Source: Acutalibacteraceae bacterium (GTDB lineage Bacteria > Bacillota > Clostridia > Oscillospirales > Acutalibacteraceae). From it: a stretch of DNA of 64,000 bases. How positions within the stretch are numbered: the first letter of the stretch is position 1; each line of letters starts with the position of its first letter. Shown one piece after another: positions 58,035 through 64,000 of the stretch. The translations under genes and the position numbers were made by a program. The notes beneath the pieces are model-generated. The model was not told the origin of the DNA. It saw only the letters and a list, made by a program, of their open reading frames with translations, and did not search any database. The DNA lies in contig JAZULQ010000063.1 of NCBI GenBank assembly GCA_045603185.1, positions 7,924 to 71,923 on the forward strand, in the 5' to 3' direction.

Positions 58035-58745
58035 ATGGAGAAATATATTTTTGATGTGATTTTGGTAGCGATAGTTGCATTGATAATTGCACTTTCTGCC
58101 AAAAAAGGCTTTACAGCTTCGTTGCTCAGCACCGTTTCTGTTGTATTATCGGGATTTTTATCTTATAAATTTACTGAACCGGTGTCTGAGTTCATATACA
58201 GTTCATTTTTACGTGGTAAAATAGAAGAGAAGTTCACGGAAGTTCTCAGTAGCTTGTCTACGGATGTTTCGTTTAACGGCAAAATTAACGCAATGTTAGG
58301 TGCCTTGCCGAAAGGATATGTCGATGTAGCTCAGGCTTTTGGTCTTAATGTAAATTCAGCTATTGAAAACAGTATGCAGTTGGATGTTACATCTAACGAA
58401 CAACTGATTCAATTATTAATTGACAACATTGCCGGTTATGTAGTAACAGCGATAGTTCAACTGGTTGTCTTTTTAGCTCTGTTTATTTTATTAGCGATTG
58501 TTTTTAAGTTTGTGTCTAAGTTACTTAACAAAATAGTTGAGAAATTACCGGTTGTCGGCAAGGCTAACTCAATTCTTGGCGGAGTTCTTGGATTTGTAAA
58601 AGCAGTTGTGTTTGTGTTTGTGGCTTGTACAGTCATATGTGTGCTCGTTAATTCAACCGATATAGGTTTATTAAAGGATTTTGTATCGTCTTCGTATATA
58701 TATCGGTTTGTTTTAGATTATAATCCGTTAGTTAATTTTATTTAA
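58035..58745 (+). CDS. CvpA family membrane protein
   Basis: Four predicted TM helices. The N-terminus DVILVAIVALIIALSAKKGF is typical of CvpA-like proteins. Confidence 0.5.
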   Translation: MEKYIFDVILVAIVALIIALSAKKGFTASLLSTVSVVLSGFLSYKFTEPVSEFIYSSFLRGKIEEKFTEVLSSLSTDVSFNGKINAMLGALPKGYVDVAQAFGLNVNSAIENSMQLDVTSNEQLIQLLIDNIAGYVVTAIVQLVVFLALFILLAIVFKFVSKLLNKIVEKLPVVGKANSILGGVLGFVKAVVFVFVACTVICVLVNSTDIGLLKDFVSSSYIYRFVLDYNPLVNFI

Positions 58746-58760
58746 TGTGAGGTTTAAAGT

Positions 58761-59372
58761 ATGAAAGGTTTATTTAAAGGTTGTTTAACAATACCAAATT
58801 TGTTGAGCGTCATCAGAATTCTTGTTATTCCGGTTTTTGCTTATTTCTTTGTAACCGGTAAACCGATTTGGGCGATTGTTATGCTCGCTTTATCCGGTAT
58901 TTCCGATTTTCTTGATGGTAAAATTGCACGTAAATTTAACCAGGTCAGCGATCTCGGCAAGGTACTTGACCCGGTTGCAGATAAATTAACTCAGATTACA
59001 CTTGCAGTTCTTCTCTTTATTTCATTCAATAAAGCCGAGGATCCGGCGCTTAAAGCATTCAGCTGGGTTTTCCTTGTATTTATAGTTAAAGAGCTTGTAA
59101 TGGTTGTTTTCGGCGGTATTATGCTTCTTTTGAACCTTCGTCCAAGCGCTGCCGAGATTTTCGGAAAAGTTGCAACATTTGCTTTCTATGCAATTATGCT
59201 TCTCATCGTAGCATTCGGACCTGAAGTAGGATTGTTAAAAGATGTATTTGAGCTTCCTTCAGTTGCAATGATGATACTCGTTGCAGTTTCGGCAATACTA
59301 ACTCTTGTAGCCTTTGTTAGCTATTTACCCGATACATTCCGTCAGTTCAAAGAAAAGTTTTCAAAAAAATAA
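58761..59372 (+). CDS. CDP-alcohol phosphatidyltransferase (PgsA-like)
   Basis: DG(x2)AR(x8)G(x3)D(x3)D motif: DFLDGKIARKFNQVSDLGKVLDPVADK. Confidence 0.8.
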   Translation: MKGLFKGCLTIPNLLSVIRILVIPVFAYFFVTGKPIWAIVMLALSGISDFLDGKIARKFNQVSDLGKVLDPVADKLTQITLAVLLFISFNKAEDPALKAFSWVFLVFIVKELVMVVFGGIMLLLNLRPSAAEIFGKVATFAFYAIMLLIVAFGPEVGLLKDVFELPSVAMMILVAVSAILTLVAFVSYLPDTFRQFKEKFSKK

Positions 59373-59405
59373 AGATTATAATATAGTTTATCCCGGGAGA
59401 ATTAA

Positions 59406-61721
59406 ATGAATAATAAAATGTTATGCAGTAAATGCAAAAGACGCCCTGCAGTTATATTTGTATCACGTGTTGAGGGTGAAAAAACATCACAAGAGGGCTT
59501 TTGTCTTAAATGTGCCTCTGAACTTAATATTGGTCCCATTAAGCAGATGATGCAGAATATGGGCATCACAGAAGAAGATATTGATGCTGTCAGCGAACAG
59601 TTTGGCGATATAATGGAAAATATGGACGATTTCCAGCTTGGCGGCGCAGGTACAATGCCCTTTATGCAAAATTTGTTCGGCGGTGGTAATGACGCCGCAT
59701 CTTTACCGGAAGGTAATGAGGCAGAGAATACTGAAGCTGACGAAGCTGATGAGCCCGACGAAAAAGAAAAAAAGAGCTCTAAAAAGAAAAAACGTAAAAC
59801 GAAACGTAAATTCCTCGGCTCATATTGCACCGATTTAACTGCCAAAGCCCGCGAAGGAAAAATAGACAGAATAATCGGCAGAGAAACCGAGATTTACCGT
59901 GTTACTCAGATACTTTGCAGAAGAACAAAAAATAACCCTTGCCTTATTGGTGAGCCCGGTGTCGGTAAGACCGCTATTGCTGAAGGTCTTGCTTTGAAAA
60001 TTGCTTCGGGTGAAGTTCCTGCAAGAATCGCAGATAAAGAAATACACCTTTTGGATTTGACTTCACTTGTTGCAGGAACTCAGTTCCGTGGTCAGTTTGA
60101 GAGCCGTATCAAAGGACTCGTTGATGAGGTTAAAGAGGAAGGCAATATTATCCTTTTCATTGACGAGGTTCACAATCTCGTGGGTACAGGTGATGCCGAG
60201 GGTTCTATGAATGCTGCCAACATTCTTAAACCTGCTCTTTCACGTGGACAGATTCAGGTTATTGGTGCTACAACTTTTAACGAATACCGTAAGCACATCG
60301 AAAAGGATGCAGCATTAGAAAGACGTTTCCAGCCGGTTAAGGTTGAAGAACCGTCTATCGCCGATTGCTATAAGATGCTTTTGGGAATTAAAGAGTATTA
60401 TGAAGATTTCCATAAAGTTAAGATTTCGGATGCTTTGGTTTATAGAGCTGTATTACTTTCCGAACGCTATATTAATGATAGATTTTTGCCCGATAAGGCG
60501 ATAGATCTTCTCGATGAAGCATGCACTTGCGCAAACCTCAGAAACGTTGCCATCAGTGACTACCAGAAGCTTTCTGCAAAGATTGCAGACCTTATTGAAA
60601 GGGAAGAGGAGCTTATTAATGTTACCGATGAAAACGGCCCTGACTATGAGGCAATTTCAATGCTTAAGGCAGAGAGAATGGCAATAGAGAAAGAAGCCGC
60701 AAACGTTAAGGTTAAAGCTGATGATAATGATGTTACAGAGGAAGACGTTGCTAAGGTAATCAATCTTTGGACAGGTATTCCGACATCTAAGATTATCGAG
60801 AATGATATGCGCAAGCTCTCCAATCTTGAGCAAAAACTGAAATCTCGTATTATAGGTCAGGATGAGGCTGTTGAGGTGCTCGCCGCCGCAATCAGACGAA
60901 GCAGAGTCCAGATTTCTGCAGTCAGAAAACCCGCATCGTTTATTTTTGTAGGTCCTACCGGTGTCGGTAAAACCGAGCTTGTAAAACAGCTTGCAAACGA
61001 GCTGTTTGAAACACCTGAAACCCTTATAAGACTTGATATGTCAGAGTTTATGGAGAAGCACAGCGTTTCAAGACTTATCGGTTCTCCTCCCGGATACGTA
61101 GGATATGATGAAGCGGGACAGCTGACCGAGAAGGTAAGAAGAAAACCTTATTCGGTTGTTTTGTTTGACGAAATAGAAAAAGCACATCCCGATGTAATGA
61201 ATATACTTCTTCAGATTCTTGATGAAGGCAAAACTAACGATGCTCAAGGACGAACAGTTAGTTTTGAAAACACTGTTATCATTATGACTTCTAATGCAGG
61301 TAGCCATATTACAGAAAATGCACTCGGATTCAATCGCGATAAGAATACTGCATCAAAGGACAAGGCGATGAAAGCTCTCAAAGAATTCCTCAGACCCGAA
61401 TTTTTAGGCAGAGTTGATGAAATTGTTGTCTTCAATACCTTGGGTAAAGAAGAGTTAGTTAAGATAGCGGCTATTCTTATTGAAGAGTTCCGTCAACCTC
61501 TTAAGGATAAAGGTATTGAGCTTGTTGTCGGTGACGGCGTTTGCGAAATAATTGCAGATAAGTCAGAGGATGGCGGCAGAGGCGCGCGTGATATCAGAAG
61601 AACCATCAGAAAGACTATTGAAGATAAAGTTGCTAATATTCTTATTGATAATGCAGGTGCACCTGTTAGTGAAATTACGATTACCGCGGTTGATAATGAT
61701 ATTGAAGTAACTTATAAATAA
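59406..61721 (+). CDS. ClpC/ClpA-family AAA+ unfoldase with an atypical N-terminal C4 zinc ribbon
   Basis: Two AAA+ modules (GEPGVGKTA with DEVH; GPTGVGKTE with FDEIEKAH), a coiled-coil middle region and an LGF ClpP-docking loop (ENALGFNRD). The N-terminus CSKCKRRPA...CLKCA replaces the usual Clp_N repeats. Confidence 0.85.
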   Translation: MNNKMLCSKCKRRPAVIFVSRVEGEKTSQEGFCLKCASELNIGPIKQMMQNMGITEEDIDAVSEQFGDIMENMDDFQLGGAGTMPFMQNLFGGGNDAASLPEGNEAENTEADEADEPDEKEKKSSKKKKRKTKRKFLGSYCTDLTAKAREGKIDRIIGRETEIYRVTQILCRRTKNNPCLIGEPGVGKTAIAEGLALKIASGEVPARIADKEIHLLDLTSLVAGTQFRGQFESRIKGLVDEVKEEGNIILFIDEVHNLVGTGDAEGSMNAANILKPALSRGQIQVIGATTFNEYRKHIEKDAALERRFQPVKVEEPSIADCYKMLLGIKEYYEDFHKVKISDALVYRAVLLSERYINDRFLPDKAIDLLDEACTCANLRNVAISDYQKLSAKIADLIEREEELINVTDENGPDYEAISMLKAERMAIEKEAANVKVKADDNDVTEEDVAKVINLWTGIPTSKIIENDMRKLSNLEQKLKSRIIGQDEAVEVLAAAIRRSRVQISAVRKPASFIFVGPTGVGKTELVKQLANELFETPETLIRLDMSEFMEKHSVSRLIGSPPGYVGYDEAGQLTEKVRRKPYSVVLFDEIEKAHPDVMNILLQILDEGKTNDAQGRTVSFENTVIIMTSNAGSHITENALGFNRDKNTASKDKAMKALKEFLRPEFLGRVDEIVVFNTLGKEELVKIAAILIEEFRQPLKDKGIELVVGDGVCEIIADKSEDGGRGARDIRRTIRKTIEDKVANILIDNAGAPVSEITITAVDNDIEVTYK

Positions 61722-61730
61722 TTAAAATTA

Positions 61731-61760
61731 CCGACAGAGCAAGCTGTTCTGTCGGTTTTT
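61731..61760 (+). terminator. Rho-independent terminator after the clpC-like gene
   Basis: CCGACAGA...TCTGTCGG stem followed by TTTTT. Confidence 0.75.
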
Positions 61761-61772
61761 AAAAAGGAAAGT

Positions 61773-64000
61773 ATGAAAAAGAGTGTAGTGGGAATCCTTG
61801 CTCATGTTGACGCAGGTAAAACAACATTAGCCGAAGCTTTGCTTTACAAAGCCGGTAAAATAAGGAAAATAGGTCGTGTTGATAACGGTGATACGACCTT
61901 AGATACCCATACCCTCGAAAAAGAACGCGGGATTACAATCTTTGCGGGGCAGTCCGTGTTTAATGTAAACGATTTAGATATTACATTACTTGATACTCCC
62001 GGTCACGTGGATTTTTCGGCTGAAACCGAGCGAGTGTTAAAGGTGCTGGATTACGCCATACTTGTTATAAGCGGTACTGATGGTGTTCAGGCTCATACCA
62101 GAACTCTATGGAAACTTTTAAAAAGCTACAATATACCTACTTTCGTCTTTGTGACGAAGATGGATTTCGCTAGATTGGAAAAAAGCGACATTCTTGCTGA
62201 TTTAAATGATTTATGCGGCGGTTGTTGTATCGATTTTTCTTCAGCTGATACTGAGGAAATGCTTGAAAGCATTGCGGTGTGTGATGAATCAGTGCTGGAG
62301 AAGTATTTTGAAACCGGCAGTGTTACAAAGGAAGATATAGCACTACTTCTCAGAAAAAGAGCGATTATACCATGTTATTTTGGTTCGGGGCTTAAATCTG
62401 AGGGGATAGACGAGTTTTTACAGGGGCTTTATGATTATATATCCGTTAAAAATTATCCGGATGATTTTTCAGCAAAGGTATTTAAAATTACTCATGACTC
62501 AAAAGGTGAGCGTTTAACCCATATTAAGGTTACCGGCGGTAGCATTAAAGTAAAAGAAGCTATTTCTTATAACGGAAAAACAGAAAAAGTCAACGGCTTA
62601 AGAGTTTACTCGGGTGATAAATTTACTTCTGTTAATGAAATGACTGCCGGCGGTGTTTGCGCCGTTACAGGTTTTTCAGGGCTTAATTGCGGTGATGGTT
62701 TGGGTAAAGAGGAAGCTTTTTATGAATCTTATCTTGAACCGGTTATGAGTTACAGGATAGTATTACCCTCAAATTGTGATGCCCAGACTTTTTTGCCTAA
62801 ATTACGTCTTCTCGAGGCAGAAGACCCACAGCTCCACGTGTCGTGGAACTCTTTTCTTCAGGAAATACACGTTTCTCTTATGGGTGATATACAGACCGAG
62901 ATATTAAAAGGCATTATTTCCGAACGGTTTGATGTGGATGTTGAAATTGATTCGGGAAGAGTATTATATAAGGAAACTATTAAAAACACTGTTGAAGGTG
63001 TAGGTCATTACGAGCCACTCAGACATTATGCTGAGGTTCACTTGATTCTTGAACCGTTGCCGCGAGGTAGCGGAATTGTTTTGAAGTCTGAATGTAGCGA
63101 GGATTCTTTGGATAGAAACTGGCAGAACCTTATTTTGTTGCATTTGGCTGAAAAAGAGCATGTGGGCGTTTTAACCGGCTCACCTATAACTGATGTTAAA
63201 ATTACTCTTGCGGCAGGTAGAGCTCATCTTAAACACACTGAGGGCGGGGATTTCAGACAGTCTACATATCGTGCTGTAAGGCAAGGTTTAATGCAGGCGA
63301 AATCAGTGCTTTTAGAGCCGTACTATAACTTCCGCTTAGAAGTACCTACTGAGCTAATAGGTCGCGCAATTATTGATATAAAGATGAAAAACGGCACATT
63401 TGAAGCTCCCGAGGATTCTAACGGCGTTACAGTAATTACCGGCAGAGCACCGGTTGTCTGTTTTAACGGTTACGCGTCAGAGGTTGCGTCTTATACCGGT
63501 GGAAGAGGTCGCCTGTTTTGTGATGTTTGCGGTTATGATGTGTGTCATAATCCGGATGAAGTTACAGAAAATGCAAAATATTCTCCTGAAAGTGATTTGG
63601 AGAATACTCCCGATTCGGTATTTTGTGCACATGGTGCCGGATTTAATGTGAAATGGGATAAGGTTTTTGAATATATGCACATTGACTCCTGCCTTGTCCT
63701 GGAAAAAACACCTTATGAAGTGACTCTTAATAAGCGTAATTTCCATATTGATGACAAAGAACTTGAAGCTATTATGGAACGCGAGTTCGGAAAGGATAAA
63801 CATCCTTATTATAGGTATAGTCACAATGTCACCCCTAAAAAACCTGTTCAGGCAGAATATAACCCTGTTCAACGCAAAAAGTATATTATAGTTGACGGTT
63901 ACAATGTTATTTTTGCCTGGGATAACTTAAAAAAACTGGCTGAAGATAACCTTGAAAGTGCACGCAGTAAATTGATGGATATACTGTGTAATTACAGCGC
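61773..64000 (+). CDS. TetM/EF-G-like translational GTPase fused to a C-terminal YacP/Rae1-type NYN nuclease domain (3' partial; runs off the window)
   Basis: My own translation from ATG 61773 (GGAAAG upstream) is open through 63998, which is 742 codons. GTPase motifs are AHVDAGKT, RGITI, DTPGH and TKMD. EF-G domain IV/V-like segments are HYEPLRHYAEVHL and GDFRQSTYRAVRQG. The final visible residues KYIIVDGYNVIFAWDNLKKLAEDNLESARSKLMDILCNYS resemble the YacP/Rae1 N-terminus. Confidence 0.75.
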   Translation, partial: MKKSVVGILAHVDAGKTTLAEALLYKAGKIRKIGRVDNGDTTLDTHTLEKERGITIFAGQSVFNVNDLDITLLDTPGHVDFSAETERVLKVLDYAILVISGTDGVQAHTRTLWKLLKSYNIPTFVFVTKMDFARLEKSDILADLNDLCGGCCIDFSSADTEEMLESIAVCDESVLEKYFETGSVTKEDIALLLRKRAIIPCYFGSGLKSEGIDEFLQGLYDYISVKNYPDDFSAKVFKITHDSKGERLTHIKVTGGSIKVKEAISYNGKTEKVNGLRVYSGDKFTSVNEMTAGGVCAVTGFSGLNCGDGLGKEEAFYESYLEPVMSYRIVLPSNCDAQTFLPKLRLLEAEDPQLHVSWNSFLQEIHVSLMGDIQTEILKGIISERFDVDVEIDSGRVLYKETIKNTVEGVGHYEPLRHYAEVHLILEPLPRGSGIVLKSECSEDSLDRNWQNLILLHLAEKEHVGVLTGSPITDVKITLAAGRAHLKHTEGGDFRQSTYRAVRQGLMQAKSVLLEPYYNFRLEVPTELIGRAIIDIKMKNGTFEAPEDSNGVTVITGRAPVVCFNGYASEVASYTGGRGRLFCDVCGYDVCHNPDEVTENAKYSPESDLENTPDSVFCAHGAGFNVKWDKVFEYMHIDSCLVLEKTPYEVTLNKRNFHIDDKELEAIMEREFGKDKHPYYRYSHNVTPKKPVQAEYNPVQRKKYIIVDGYNVIFAWDNLKKLAEDNLESARSKLMDILCNYS

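Noticed and set aside
59402-59845. 147-aa minus-strand ORF opposite the 5' end of the clpC-like gene
   Set aside because: Its Ser/Phe-rich sequence mirrors the charged K/E/D linker on the + strand. This is a shadow ORF.
1-64000. Search for CRISPR arrays, tRNA/rRNA genes, transposases, integrases, prophage genes and known defence-system signatures
   Set aside because: Intergenic regions are short (mostly under 200 nt) and contain no spaced direct repeats or cloverleaf-like sequences. No ORF shows DDE/tyrosine/serine recombinase motifs, or restriction-modification, Cas, or known toxin-antitoxin or abortive-infection hallmarks that I can recognise by eye.

Overview
This is a 64-kb chromosomal segment of about 40% GC from a spore-forming Firmicute. 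It looks like Clostridia (Oscillospirales/Ruminococcaceae-like), but I cannot place it more precisely. Almost all of it is tightly packed core housekeeping on the + strand. In order: asnS, an aminotransferase, ispF, and a DUF3343 protein with a cysteine desulfurase. A long translationally coupled operon follows (cdaA, cdaR, lipoprotein, OmpR-type response regulator, histidine kinase, DUF1385, prmC). After it come an M50 protease, scpA, scpB, ytfI, ytfJ, a DD-carboxypeptidase and rluB. The next block matches the B. subtilis ylo region: yicC, remA, gmk, rpoZ, priA, def, fmt, Zn-peptidase, rsmB, rlmN, stp, prkC, rsgA, spoVM. Further on are rplM-rpsI, valS-folC-DUF4364, a CUT2-type sugar ABC transporter, ruvCAB, glmM, a methyltransferase, ecfA1-ecfA2-ecfT, truA, cvpA, a CDP-alcohol phosphatidyltransferase and a ClpC-like unfoldase. 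Three short minus-strand islets interrupt this layout: (i) a membrane-anchored beta-helix protein plus a metallophosphoesterase; (ii) a zinc-ribbon protein, a small membrane protein and a DUF4234 protein; (iii) an SH3b membrane protein, a PflX-type radical SAM enzyme and a very cysteine-rich protein. I found no rRNA, tRNA, CRISPR array, transposase, integrase or recognisable defence system. Four things deserve a second look. First, an ORF missing from the supplied track that runs off the 3' end of the window. It fuses a TetM/EF-G-like translational GTPase to a YacP/Rae1-type NYN nuclease N-terminus. Second, an untracked 26-codon spoVM homolog in conserved synteny. Third, the Cys-rich / radical SAM / SH3b cluster. 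Fourth, a ClpC-like AAA+ protein whose N-domain is replaced by a ClpX-like C4 zinc ribbon. All family assignments come from motif reading and memory of the families, not from database searches.
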